Shown piece after piece: positions 1 through 9,431 of a DNA stretch of 64,000 bases; position 1 is the stretch's first letter, and each line of letters starts with the position of its first letter. Both the position numbers and the translations under genes were made by a program. The DNA comes from Rhodanobacteraceae bacterium (GTDB taxonomy: Bacteria; Pseudomonadota; Gammaproteobacteria; Xanthomonadales; Rhodanobacteraceae), in the NCBI GenBank assembly GCA_051961995.1, contig JBQCCR010000040.1, positions 14,850 to 78,849 on the forward strand. The letters run 5' to 3'. Under the pieces are notes generated by a model. It searched no databases and was not told where the DNA came from. It saw only the letters and a program-made list of their open reading frames with translations.

Positions 1-594
1 GCAGGGCCGCTCGGCCAGGCCGTCGCGATCACGGCCGACGGCGTGCAGGCGTTCTTTCTCGAAGCCAGGGAGTCGGACAAGACCGCGCGCTATCAGGCCT
101 TGGTCGAACGCGCGGGCAACACCATTGATCTGCTGCCGATGCGCGCATCCAGCCATTACCGCTACGCGTGGGCACTGGGGCTGCTCAGCCGCCAGTTGCC
201 GGCGATGCAGGTGCTGGCCGAAGGCCTGGGCAGCAAGTTGCACGCGGCGCTGGATGCCGCGCTGGAACTGGATGCCGATCATCCCGAGGCGCACACCGCG
301 CTGGGTTTGTATTTTGCGGAAGCCGTGCACAAGCTTGGCGCGGCCCTGGCCCGGATGACCTTGCGCGTGGACCTGGAGGCGGCGGAAGCACACCTGCGCA
401 CCGCGATCGAGTTGACGCCGGAAGCGCCCAACGCGTGGGTCGGCCTGGGTATCGGACTCGGCTTGCTGGACGCGCAGGAACACGCCGGTGCACGCAAGGC
501 CGCGCTCGCAAAAGCCGCGGCCCTGCGACCACTGGACGCGCGACAGACGTTGGAGATCGCGTACGCGCAACGAAAGCTGAGCGCGATGGATTAG
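1..594 (+). CDS. Hypothetical helical (TPR-like) repeat protein, 5'-truncated by the window edge
   Basis: The reading frame is open from nt 1, with no stop before the GTG at 43. The ORF is Ala/Leu-rich with helical-repeat character. No specific family recognised. Confidence 0.4.
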   Translation, partial: AGPLGQAVAITADGVQAFFLEARESDKTARYQALVERAGNTIDLLPMRASSHYRYAWALGLLSRQLPAMQVLAEGLGSKLHAALDAALELDADHPEAHTALGLYFAEAVHKLGAALARMTLRVDLEAAEAHLRTAIELTPEAPNAWVGLGIGLGLLDAQEHAGARKAALAKAAALRPLDARQTLEIAYAQRKLSAMD

Positions 595-878
595 GCCGGA
601 CTCGCGAAAGCTGCTCGAAAGGTGGCCGGCAGAGACTCGAGACAGGTGAGAGGCGGTGCAAGACCGCCATTACAGCGTCGGGAGCAACCCTCGTGCGCCG
701 GCTGTTTGTTGTTCTCACCCTCGCCCTTGCCTGCGCCGGTCTCCCTCCCCGGGCGGCGCAGGTCAAGGGCGGGCCTTGCCGCCGCAGATCGCGCCCTCGT
801 CGAAATTCTTGAACGTGCACTGAGTTCGGCGCGCGCGGCATCACGGAGTTTCGCGGCGCGGCCGGTACAATTTGCGCA

Positions 879-2348
879 ATGTCCGCGCCTCCCGATCCGC
901 CGCGTGCTTCCGCGGTCAACGACGCTGCCGAATCCAGCCCAGCCTCTTCCGACACTTCGCATCTGCGCGGACTGGTATGGCTGGTCGCGGCGGCGTTCTT
1001 CATGCAGACGCTGGATTCGACCATCGTCAACACCGCGGTGCCGAGCATCGCGCACGCACTGAATGTCCGGCCGATTGATCTCAAGACCGCGCTGACCAGT
1101 TACGTGCTGACGCTGGCGATCTGCATCCCCGCCAGCGCATGGTTGTCAGACCGGTTCGGCACGCGGCGCGTGTTCGCCGCGTCCATCATCACCTTCAGCA
1201 TCGGCTCGCTGGCCTGCGGGTTGTCGCAGAACCTCACGGAGCTGATCGCCTCGCGGGTGCTGCAGGGTCTGGGCGGCGCGCTGCTGATGCCGGTCGGCCG
1301 CTACGTGCTGGTGCGTGCGTTCGGGCCGCGCGATTTCGTTGCGGCGATGAGCACGGCCGGCATTCCCGGCCTGCTGGGTCCGGTGCTGGGTCCGGTGCTG
1401 GGCGGCGTGTTGTCGCAGTACGCGAGCTGGCGCTGGATCTTCCTGGTCAACGTGCCGGTCGGCTTGCTCGGCCTGTGGTTGAACAAGCGCGAGATGCCGA
1501 ATTTCCGCGGGCCGCGCCGCGCCTTCGACGTGCTCGGCTTCGCGTTGTTCGCGCTGGCTTCCGGCCTGCTGCTGGTCGCGGCGGAGATGGCCGGCAGCGG
1601 CGGCGAATCGATGGCCACGATCGGCTGCGCGCTTGGCGGCGTCATCGCCGGTTTCGCCTATTGGCAGCATGGCCGGCGCGCCGAACACCCGATCGCCGAT
1701 CTCACGCTGTTGCGCGTGCGCAGTTTCTGGATCGCCCTTGGCGGCAGCCTGTTCACGCGGCTGGGCACTTCCGGGTTGTCGTTCGTGCTGGTGCTGTTCC
1801 TGCAGATCGGCGCGGGCTGGTCGCCGACCGCGGCCGGACTGATGCTGGTGCCGCAGGCGCTGGCGATGATCCTGATGAAGCTGCTGATAGACCGCCTGCT
1901 GAAGCGCCACGGCTACCGGCGCGTGTTGCGGCTCAACACGGCACTGGTCGCCGTGCTGCTCGCCGCGTTTGCTCTGCTGCAGCCGAACACGCCGGCCTGG
2001 GCGGTGGCGCTGCTGATGTTCGCCTACGGGTTCATCATGTCCATGCAATACACGGCGATGAACACGCTCGCCTTCGTGGACCTGCCGCCCGAGCGCGCAG
2101 CACAGGCGTCGTCACTGACCTCGGCCGTGCAATACCTTTCGATCAGTTTCGGCATTGCATTGGCATCGCTGCTGTTGGCGGCGTTCCTCAATGACCAGCA
2201 TCACGACGCTGCCGCTTATGTGCGTGGTTTCCATGCCGCGGTGCTGTGCATGGCGGTGCTGCCGCTGATGGGGGCGTACGTGTTCACAAGGCTGCGCCGC
2301 GACCGTCCGACGCGCAGAGTCGTTGAAACGCCGGATACCGCGACTTAA
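879..2348 (+). CDS. MFS transporter, DHA2 (EmrB/QacA-like, 14-TMS) family
   Basis: 489 aa, ATG at 879, polytopic. N-terminal FFMQTLDSTIVNTAVPSIA and LSDRFGTRR motifs are typical of DHA2 efflux pumps. Confidence 0.85.
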   Translation: MSAPPDPPRASAVNDAAESSPASSDTSHLRGLVWLVAAAFFMQTLDSTIVNTAVPSIAHALNVRPIDLKTALTSYVLTLAICIPASAWLSDRFGTRRVFAASIITFSIGSLACGLSQNLTELIASRVLQGLGGALLMPVGRYVLVRAFGPRDFVAAMSTAGIPGLLGPVLGPVLGGVLSQYASWRWIFLVNVPVGLLGLWLNKREMPNFRGPRRAFDVLGFALFALASGLLLVAAEMAGSGGESMATIGCALGGVIAGFAYWQHGRRAEHPIADLTLLRVRSFWIALGGSLFTRLGTSGLSFVLVLFLQIGAGWSPTAAGLMLVPQALAMILMKLLIDRLLKRHGYRRVLRLNTALVAVLLAAFALLQPNTPAWAVALLMFAYGFIMSMQYTAMNTLAFVDLPPERAAQASSLTSAVQYLSISFGIALASLLLAAFLNDQHHDAAAYVRGFHAAVLCMAVLPLMGAYVFTRLRRDRPTRRVVETPDTAT

Positions 2349-2445
2349 GAGCCGCGCCCAGAGCGGCAGTTCGCGAGCCGTAGCGATGCTGCGCACCCGC
2401 TCTGGGAGTCCTGTAGCATCGCGTCGTTAGCCACGGCGCGGCCCG

Positions 2446-3636
2446 ATGGAACAGACCACCGCGATCCTGCTCGAAGTATTCATCATCTTCATCGCCGCGC
2501 AGATCGGTGGCGAACTCGCGCGTCTGATTCGCCTGCCGAGCGTAGTCGGCGAGATCGCCATCGGTTGCATGCTCGGTCCTTCGGTGCTCGGCTGGATCAC
2601 GCCGAGCGAACCACTGGAGGTGCTCTCCGAAATCGGCGTGGTACTGCTGCTGTTTTCGGTCGGACTGGAAAACCGTGTCGAGGATCTCAAGCGCGTCGGC
2701 GGCAGCGCCTTCGCCGTCGGCGTGCTGGGTGTGGCGGTTCCGTTCGTATTCGGCACCTTGTGGGCGCATTCGATCGGCCCCGACTGGGCGCATTCGCTGT
2801 TCGTCGCCGCCGCGTTCGTTGCCACTTCCGCCGGCATCACCGCGAGCGTGCTGAAGCAGCTCGGCGTGCTGCATCGGATCGAGAGCCGGGTGATTCTCGG
2901 CGCTGCGGTGATTGACGACATCCTGGCGATGCTGCTGCTGGGCATGGTCGTGGCGCTGCAGGGCGGCGGACATGTCCGCATCGGCGACCTGCTGGTGGTG
3001 CTGGTCGAAGCGATCGGCTTCGTGCTGGTGATCGGCTGGGTCGGCGTGCGGGTGATGCGGCGCAATTCGGCGTGGCTGGAATGGCCCGCTGATCCGCTGT
3101 CGCCGCTCGCGCTGGTGCTGGCGATGTGCCTCGGTCTGGCGTGGCTCTCGACGCGTTTCGGCCTGGCCGCGATCATCGGCGCCTTCCTCGCCGGCCTGAT
3201 CGCTTCCGAAACACGACAGCAGAAGATGCTCGAAATCCAGACGCGTCCGCTGCTCACCCTGCTGGCGCCATTCTTCTTCGTGCTGACCGGCTCCAAGGTG
3301 GAACTCTCGCAGCTGTTCAGTCCCGAAGCGTTGAGGCTGCTCGGCATGGCGACTGCGCTGGCGCTGGTCACCAAACTGGTCGGCGGGTCATTGGGCGCGA
3401 TCAGGCTCGGCGCACGCGGTGCGCTCACGGTCGGTGTGGGCATGATGCCGCGCGGCGAGGTCGGTGTGGTGATCGCATCGCTCGGTCTGGCGGCGCATGT
3501 GTTCAATGAGCGCATGTACGCAGTGATCATCGCGATGTCGCTGTTGACCTCGATCATCGCGCCGCCGGTGCTGGCAGCGATGCTGCGCCACGACGAAAGG
3601 TCGGAACTGGTGTCGCGGGATTCGGAAGCGGGTTAG
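2446..3636 (+). CDS. Cation:proton antiporter (Na+/H+ exchanger, CPA2/KefB-like membrane domain)
   Basis: 396 aa, polytopic. The N-terminus LLEVFIIFIAAQIGGELARLIRLPSVVGEIAIGCMLGP is the canonical Na_H_Exchanger start. Confidence 0.85.
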   Translation: MEQTTAILLEVFIIFIAAQIGGELARLIRLPSVVGEIAIGCMLGPSVLGWITPSEPLEVLSEIGVVLLLFSVGLENRVEDLKRVGGSAFAVGVLGVAVPFVFGTLWAHSIGPDWAHSLFVAAAFVATSAGITASVLKQLGVLHRIESRVILGAAVIDDILAMLLLGMVVALQGGGHVRIGDLLVVLVEAIGFVLVIGWVGVRVMRRNSAWLEWPADPLSPLALVLAMCLGLAWLSTRFGLAAIIGAFLAGLIASETRQQKMLEIQTRPLLTLLAPFFFVLTGSKVELSQLFSPEALRLLGMATALALVTKLVGGSLGAIRLGARGALTVGVGMMPRGEVGVVIASLGLAAHVFNERMYAVIIAMSLLTSIIAPPVLAAMLRHDERSELVSRDSEAG

Positions 3637-3756
3637 TCGCAGGGCAAGGCTGAAGCAAAATCAGCCCGCGAAGAACGCGAAGGAATCAAGGCGATTTTCC
3701 TGACGCTCTCGGCGCGATTCGCGTTCGAATGCCGCGCCGTTGCTCTCGCTTCGAAG

Positions 3757-4128
3757 CTATAGCAGTGCCGTGCGCAGCGCACGCTCCAGGTCGCTGCGCA
3801 GGAACGGCTTCTGCAATACCGGGGCGCCGTGCAGCGATTCCGGCAGGTTGGATGTTCCGTAACCCGTGGCGAACACGAAGGCGCGGCCGCGTTCGGCCAG
3901 CGCCTGCGCAATCGGGTAACTCGGCTCGCCATTCAAGTTGACGTCCAGCAGTGCGACGTCGAACGGCAGCGAAATGGCCTTTTCGAGGGCATCGTCGAAG
4001 CGCGCTGCGGTGCCCACGACTTCGCACCCCATGTCTTCCAGCGTGTCCCGGATCAGCATCGCGATGCGCGATTCATCCTCCACGACCAGGACGCGGCGCC
4101 CGCTCAGATTCGGCTCGGCCACGGCCAT
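3757..4128 (-). CDS. Single-domain response regulator (receiver only)
   Basis: Internal ATG at 4128 (MAVAEPNLSGRRVLVVEDE...) lies 1 nt after the kinase stop (4130-4132). 123 aa forming one REC domain with no output domain. The longer 220-aa ORF N-terminus is Arg/Ser-rich and probably non-coding. Confidence 0.85.
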   Translation of the reverse strand: MAVAEPNLSGRRVLVVEDESRIAMLIRDTLEDMGCEVVGTAARFDDALEKAISLPFDVALLDVNLNGEPSYPIAQALAERGRAFVFATGYGTSNLPESLHGAPVLQKPFLRSDLERALRTALL

Positions 4129-4129
4129 C

Positions 4130-5197
4130 TCAGATCTCCGAATCGGTGATTTCCTCGACCGGGGCTTCGATCGTACACTCGACCCCCTCGAGCGCAAAGC
4201 GCAGCCGGACCAGGCCCGTGATGTCCTGCGCCAGCCCCTCCTCCACCAGCCGCGAGCCGAAGCCACGCCGGTGCGGCGGTGTGACCGGCGGCCCGCCGCG
4301 CTCCTTCCATTCGAAGCGGAAACGCCGTTCCGGCCTGGGCGTGACTTCCCAGCCGATTTCCACCCGTCCCTTGTCGTTGGACAGCGCACCGTACTTGACC
4401 GCGTTGGTGGCCAATTCATGCACGGCCATGGACAGCGCCAGCAGCGCCTTCGGGCGAAGCTTCAACTCGGCGCCTTCGATCCGGAACCGCGAGGCACCGG
4501 CGTAATTGGAATAGGCCGCCAGCGCGCCGATGACCAGCTCGCGCAGATCGCCACCGCGCCATTGGCCGGAAGTGAGGATGTCGTGCGCCTTGGCCAGGGA
4601 AACCAGCCGTGCCTCCAGTGCGTCTCGCGCATCGGCAGTATTGGGACAGCTGCGCAGCGTCTGCATCGCCATGGACTGCACGATCGCAAGCGTGTTTTTC
4701 ACCCGATGATTCAGCTCACCGATCAGCAGCGCCTGGCGCTCGGCCGCGCGACGCGCATCGGTGTTGTCGCGAAAGATTTTCAGGTAGGCGTCCTCTCCGC
4801 CGTTCTCGATCGGGAACATCACCCCCGAGCCCCAGAACCGTGAGCCGTCCTTGCGCAGGTGCCAGCGCTCACTGGTGGCGCGCCCGTGCTCTTTGGCAAG
4901 CCTCATTTCTTGCTCGGACGCAGCCACGGCGCGATCTTCGGGAGTGAAGAAAATGTCGCCCGGACGGCCGATCACCTCGCTGGCGGCGTATCCCAGCAGG
5001 CGCTCGGCGCCACGGTTCCAGCTCGCCACGCGCCCCTCGCCATCCAGCGTGATGATCGCGTACTCCTTGACGGCGTCGAGGATGTGCCGCAACCGCGCCT
5101 CGTTCTCGCGCAGTGCCGCCCGGGCCCGCCGGGTCTCGATTTCTTCCGCGTCCGGCGCCATCCCCGCGCCGTGCGGATCGGATGGAATGGTGCTCAC
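4130..5197 (-). CDS. PAS-domain sensor histidine kinase, HisKA_2/HWE type
   Basis: PAS segment LRHILDAVKEYAIITLDGEGRVASWNRGAERLLGY. H-box ELNHRVKNTLAIVQSMA. HWE-like ATPase segments IGWEV and FEWKERGGPPV. Start set at GTG 5197, 9 nt downstream of AGGAGG (complement of 5207-5212). ATG 5161 and TTG 5251 are alternatives. Confidence 0.85.
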   Translation of the reverse strand: MSTIPSDPHGAGMAPDAEEIETRRARAALRENEARLRHILDAVKEYAIITLDGEGRVASWNRGAERLLGYAASEVIGRPGDIFFTPEDRAVAASEQEMRLAKEHGRATSERWHLRKDGSRFWGSGVMFPIENGGEDAYLKIFRDNTDARRAAERQALLIGELNHRVKNTLAIVQSMAMQTLRSCPNTADARDALEARLVSLAKAHDILTSGQWRGGDLRELVIGALAAYSNYAGASRFRIEGAELKLRPKALLALSMAVHELATNAVKYGALSNDKGRVEIGWEVTPRPERRFRFEWKERGGPPVTPPHRRGFGSRLVEEGLAQDITGLVRLRFALEGVECTIEAPVEEITDSEI

Positions 5198-5274
5198 GTG
5201 CGATCGCCTCCTGCGCACACGCACACACCGGCGCGGCGGGGTTCGCCGCAAGCCGACACTACACTATGCGCCAC

Positions 5275-6258
5275 TCAGGGCAAGCGCGCCAGTTTTTCCG
5301 AAATCATCACGAAAAAGGCAGGTTGCAGGCAAGCGCGAACCGGCACGGCCCAAGTGTTTTCACCGGCAAAGGAACGGCACTTCACCGCATCCTTCTCGGT
5401 CATCAGCACCGGCAACCCATCGCCGAATGCCAGGTCGGAGGGCGAATAAGCGTAGTGATCGGCAAACGGATGCTCGATCACCTCGATGCCGTTCCCACGC
5501 AGCATCGCGAAGAAACGCGCCGGGTAGCCGATGCCCGCAACGGCGTGCACGCGCCGGCCGGAAAACGACTCGAGCGTGCGGGTGGAGGCTGGATCGCGCA
5601 ACGCGAATACGGCTCCGGCTTGCAGATGCATCGGGATTTCGCCGGCCTGCGGTTCACTGCCATTGCAAACGATGAAATCCATCTCGCTCAATCGCGACAG
5701 CGGCTCGCGCATCGGGCCGGCCGGCAGCAGCCGCGCGTTGCCGAACCGGCGCGCGCCGTCCACGACGCAGATTTCCACGTCCCGCGCCAGCGCATGGTGC
5801 TGCAAACCGTCATCGGCAATCACCGCGTCAGTGCCGGCCTTCAGCAGCAGCCGCGCGGCGCGCGGGCGGTCACGGCCGATCGCAACCGGCGCACCGGTGC
5901 GCAGCCTGATCAATGCGGGCTCGTCGCCAACGACGCGCGGATCAGGGTTGTCGTCCAGCAGCATCGGCGCTTGCGCGCTGCCGCCATAACCGCGACTGAC
6001 CACGCCCGGCCTGAAGCCGCGCTCGCACAGCGCTTCGACCAGCGCGATCACGAGCGGCGTCTTGCCCGCGCCGCCGGCGGTGATGTTGCCGACCACGATC
6101 ACCGGCACGGGCAGGCGTTCGCTGCGCTTCCACCCGCGCCGGTACAACGCGCGGCGCACGCGCGTGATGGCGCGATACAAAGCTTCGACCGGCAGTGTCC
6201 ACCAGGGTGGCGGGCGATCTGCGTACCAGCGTTGTTGCAGGGATTCGCGAAGTGACAT
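5275..6258 (-). CDS. lpxK: Tetraacyldisaccharide 4'-kinase
   Basis: 327 aa with P-loop VVGNITAGGAGKTP and an LpxK-like N-terminus. Located directly downstream of msbA. Confidence 0.9.
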   Translation of the reverse strand: MSLRESLQQRWYADRPPPWWTLPVEALYRAITRVRRALYRRGWKRSERLPVPVIVVGNITAGGAGKTPLVIALVEALCERGFRPGVVSRGYGGSAQAPMLLDDNPDPRVVGDEPALIRLRTGAPVAIGRDRPRAARLLLKAGTDAVIADDGLQHHALARDVEICVVDGARRFGNARLLPAGPMREPLSRLSEMDFIVCNGSEPQAGEIPMHLQAGAVFALRDPASTRTLESFSGRRVHAVAGIGYPARFFAMLRGNGIEVIEHPFADHYAYSPSDLAFGDGLPVLMTEKDAVKCRSFAGENTWAVPVRACLQPAFFVMISEKLARLP

Positions 6259-6266
6259 GGAGGTCC

Positions 6267-6302
6267 GTCATTCCCGCACCAGCGGGAACCCTGTGTCTTT
6301 CC
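6267..6302. repeat. GTCATTCC-type REP-like unit (degenerate)
   Basis: GTCATTCCCGCACCAGCGGGAACCCTGTGTCTTTCC, between msbA and lpxK. Confidence 0.55.
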
Positions 6303-6367
6303 TCAACCGGGCAATTCGGATACAAATCCCGCCGATACAGGTTGTGCTCGCCTTCGCGGGAAACGCC

Positions 6368-8134
6368 CTATTCGGCCACCGCCGCGGAATGATTGTCGTG
6401 GAACTGCAACCGGTGCAGTGCCGCATACTGTCCGCCGCGCGCCAGCAGCTCCTGATGCGTACCCCGCTCCACCACGCGCCCCCCGTCCAGCACGGCGATC
6501 TGATCGGCGTGTTCGACCGTGGACAGGCGATGCGCGATCACCAGCGTGGTGCGTTCGCGCATCAGCCGCATCAATGCTTCCTGGATCAGCCGTTCGGATT
6601 CGGTATCCAGTGCGCTGGTGGCCTCGTCGAGGATCAGGATCGGCGCGTTCTTCAGCAACGCGCGCGCAATCGCGATGCGCTGACGCTGGCCGCCGGAAAA
6701 CAAGCTGCCGCTGTCGCCGACATTGGTGTGGATGCCCTGCGGCAATTGCGCGATGAATTCCATTGCATTCGCTGCCTTCGCGGCGGCGACGATCTGCGCT
6801 TCGCTGGCGCCTTCCAGCCCGCCATAGGCGATGTTGCGCGCGATGGTGTCGTTGAACAGCACCACATTCTGCCCGACCCAGGCGATCTGTGCGCGCAGGT
6901 TTGACAGCGCGTAATCGTGCAACGGTTTGCCGTCGAGCAGGATCCCGCCGCCATTGGGCTCGTAGAAGCGCGGCAGCAATCCGACCAGCGAGCTCTTGCC
7001 GCTGCCGGAGCGGCCGACCAGCGCGGTGACCTTGCCGGCCGGGCAATGCAGCTCGATGCCGTTCAACGCCGGCCCGCGTCCGCTGCCGTAGTCGAGGGTC
7101 ACGTTGCGAAACGCGATTTCTCCGCGTGCACGCGGCACCTGAACCGTGCCGGCGTCGTGTTCGGGCGTGAGGTCCAGCACCGCGAACAAATCCTGTGCCG
7201 CCGCCACGCCACGCTGCATGTTGGCCTGCACCGTGGTGAGGCGTTTCAATGACGGCAGGATCGCACCCATCGCCAGCATCAGCGATGTGAAGGTGCCCGG
7301 CGTCATGCCCTTGAAGTGGGTGGCGAAGTACACGATCAGCGCCAGCGCGATCGCCGCGACCAATTGCACCGTGGAAGTCGCGATGCCGTTGGTGGCCGCG
7401 ACTTTTAGATTCAGCCGGCGGTTGCGCTCGGTGACGCCTTCGAAGCGCTGGTCCTCGTACTGCTGGCCGCCGTAGATTTTCACCTCGCGGTGCGCACCGA
7501 TCACTTCTTCGAGGATGCTGGTGACCGAGCCCATCGAACCCTGGATGCCATGGCTGATGCGCCGGTAGCGGCGGCTGACCGCACGCACCAGCAACGCGAC
7601 CGCCGGCACCATCAGCAACAGCACGAGGGTGAGGCGGGCACTTGCCAGCAGCATCACCACGATCATGCCGACCACGGTGAGCCCGTCGGTGATCGTGGTT
7701 TTCACCGCATCGGTGCACGCGGATGCGACTTGCTCCGAGGTGTAGGTGATGCGCGCGACCTGATGGCCGGAGGATTCGCGATCAAAGAAACCCGCGGACA
7801 GTTTCAGATAATGCCGGAACACCTCGTGCCGGATGCGCTGCACCACGCCGCGACCGATGTACGCGGTGCCGTAATTCTCGATGTACACCGCGAAGCACCG
7901 CACCAGGAAGATCAGGACGATGATGATCGGCATCCAGAAGATCACATCCGGATCGCGCGTCACGAACAGGCTGTCCAGCATCGGCTTGATCACTCGCGCG
8001 AACAGCGACATCGCGCCTGCATCGCCGATCATGCCGAGCACCGCCGCCAGCGCAACCCATTTGTACGGCAGCAGATAGCGCAGCAGGCGCCGGTAGGTTG
8101 TCCAGGCGGAAACCTCGCGCGTCGCGGCGCTCAC
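6368..8134 (-). CDS. msbA: Lipid A export ABC transporter (permease/ATPase fusion)
   Basis: 588 aa: six TM helices plus an ABC domain (GRSGSGKSS, LSGGQRQR, ILILDEATSALD). The GTG start at 8134 overlaps the exbD stop (GTGA). Confidence 0.9.
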   Translation of the reverse strand: MSAATREVSAWTTYRRLLRYLLPYKWVALAAVLGMIGDAGAMSLFARVIKPMLDSLFVTRDPDVIFWMPIIIVLIFLVRCFAVYIENYGTAYIGRGVVQRIRHEVFRHYLKLSAGFFDRESSGHQVARITYTSEQVASACTDAVKTTITDGLTVVGMIVVMLLASARLTLVLLLMVPAVALLVRAVSRRYRRISHGIQGSMGSVTSILEEVIGAHREVKIYGGQQYEDQRFEGVTERNRRLNLKVAATNGIATSTVQLVAAIALALIVYFATHFKGMTPGTFTSLMLAMGAILPSLKRLTTVQANMQRGVAAAQDLFAVLDLTPEHDAGTVQVPRARGEIAFRNVTLDYGSGRGPALNGIELHCPAGKVTALVGRSGSGKSSLVGLLPRFYEPNGGGILLDGKPLHDYALSNLRAQIAWVGQNVVLFNDTIARNIAYGGLEGASEAQIVAAAKAANAMEFIAQLPQGIHTNVGDSGSLFSGGQRQRIAIARALLKNAPILILDEATSALDTESERLIQEALMRLMRERTTLVIAHRLSTVEHADQIAVLDGGRVVERGTHQELLARGGQYAALHRLQFHDNHSAAVAE

Positions 8135-8559
8135 TGCGCGGAGGTTTCCGATTGCGGCGTGGTGGCGATGGACAGATGCGAGAAGCCGAGTTGGCCCAGC
8201 GCGTCCATGGCGGTGACCACCGACTGGTGCGGCGTCATGCCATCGGCGCGCAGCAGCACCGGGCGGTCATGATCGTCACCGGCGATCGCACGGATCGCCT
8301 TCTTCAACGCGTCCTCGTCGGTGCCGAGCACCTGGTTGTTGCCGACGAAGAAATGACCGGAGCGGTCCACCACCAGCACCAGCGTGTTGTCCGCCACCGG
8401 TTGAGGTTGGTCGCTGGCCTGCGGCAGGTTCACCTTCAGGTGCCCCTGCTGAACGAAGGTCGTGGTCAGCACGAAGAACATCAGCAAAGTCAGCAGCACG
8501 TCGATCAACGATACGACGTTGATCTCGAATTCGTCTTCGCGGCGGCCGCTGATGCGCAT
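8131..8559 (-). CDS. exbD: Biopolymer transport protein ExbD/TolR family
   Basis: 142 aa with one N-terminal TM (INVVSLIDVLLTLLMFFVL) and a periplasmic domain. Confidence 0.85.
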   Translation of the reverse strand: MRISGRREDEFEINVVSLIDVLLTLLMFFVLTTTFVQQGHLKVNLPQASDQPQPVADNTLVLVVDRSGHFFVGNNQVLGTDEDALKKAIRAIAGDDHDRPVLLRADGMTPHQSVVTAMDALGQLGFSHLSIATTPQSETSAQ

Positions 8560-8572
8560 CGCGATCCCTCAT

Positions 8573-9265
8573 TCAGCGCGTGGTGGCGCGCGCGGTCGGG
8601 CGAGATGGTACTGGCGGGCTCGCCTGCGTGGGCGCCTGGGCGACCTGTGGAACCGGTGCGTCATGCAACGCGGAGAGCTCATCCAGCAACGCGGTCGCCT
8701 GCTTCTCCATCGCCACCACGTAACCGGCCACGCGCGAACGGAAATAGCGATGCAGCACGTAGGCGGGAATCGCCACGACCAGACCGGCCGCGGTGCACAC
8801 AAGCGCCTCGCCGATGCCGCCGGCCATCTTCATCGGATCGCCCACGCCCGACACCATCACCGCCAGGAACATCCGGATCAGGCCGAACACCGTGCCGAGC
8901 AGACCCAGCAGCGGACCGATCAGCGCGATCGTTCCAAGCGTGTTGAGGTAACGCTCGAGCCGGTGCACCACGTGGCGGCCGGTGTCTTCGATGCGTTCCT
9001 TGATGATTTCGCGCGAGCGGTTGCGCACGTCCAGCGCACCGGCCAGCAATTCGCCGAGCGGGGAGTTCTCGCGCAACACATCGATATGCGCGGGATCGAG
9101 CTTGCGGGTGCGAGCCCATCCGCGCACCTGTTCACCCAGGCCCGGTGGCAGCACGGCCACCCGGCGCAGGGTCCAGAACCGCTCCAGGATGATCGCCAGC
9201 GCGATGGCGGAGGCCAGCAGGATCGGTACCATGCCCCAGCCGCCGGCCTTGATGATTTCGAACAC
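8573..9265 (-). CDS. exbB: MotA/TolQ/ExbB proton-channel family protein
   Basis: Three-TM MotA_ExbB pattern (GTVFGLIRMF, GIGEALVCTAAGLVVAIPAYV). Start placed at GTG 9265 (VFEIIKAGGWGMVPILL). The upstream part of the 278-aa ORF runs through a repeat element and is not believed coding. Confidence 0.8.
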   Translation of the reverse strand: MFEIIKAGGWGMVPILLASAIALAIILERFWTLRRVAVLPPGLGEQVRGWARTRKLDPAHIDVLRENSPLGELLAGALDVRNRSREIIKERIEDTGRHVVHRLERYLNTLGTIALIGPLLGLLGTVFGLIRMFLAVMVSGVGDPMKMAGGIGEALVCTAAGLVVAIPAYVLHRYFRSRVAGYVVAMEKQATALLDELSALHDAPVPQVAQAPTQASPPVPSRPTARATTR

Positions 9266-9339
9266 GCGCGCACCTCGCCCAGCAGAAGCCGGGCGAATGA
9301 TAGCAGCCGTGGGATTGGGGCTTGTGCGCGGGGTCGCAG

Positions 9340-9426
9340 TTGGTTGCCGGTTGCCGGTCGGCGGTTGCTGGAAAGCCTCGCAACCCCGGCTCTTACCGGC
9401 AACTGACAACCAACAACCGACAACCC
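9340..9426. repeat. Heptad inverted-repeat element, copy A
   Basis: (GGTTGCC)(GGTTGCC)(GGTCGGC)(GGTTGCT) - AAAGCCTCGCAACCCCGGCTCTTA - (CCGGCAA)(CTGACAA)(CCAACAA)(CCGACAA). Lies between the comEC stop and the exbB start. Confidence 0.8.
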
Positions 9427-9431
9427 ACTCC

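Noticed and set aside
693-812. 39-codon ORF (VRRLFVVLTLALACAGLPPRAAQVKGGPCRRRSRPRRNS) with a GGGAG 8 nt upstream and a signal or lipobox-like start.
   Set aside because: The Arg-rich tail looks non-biological. It is the end of a long shadow ORF (168-812), and I have no conservation evidence. It could only be tested by ribosome profiling.
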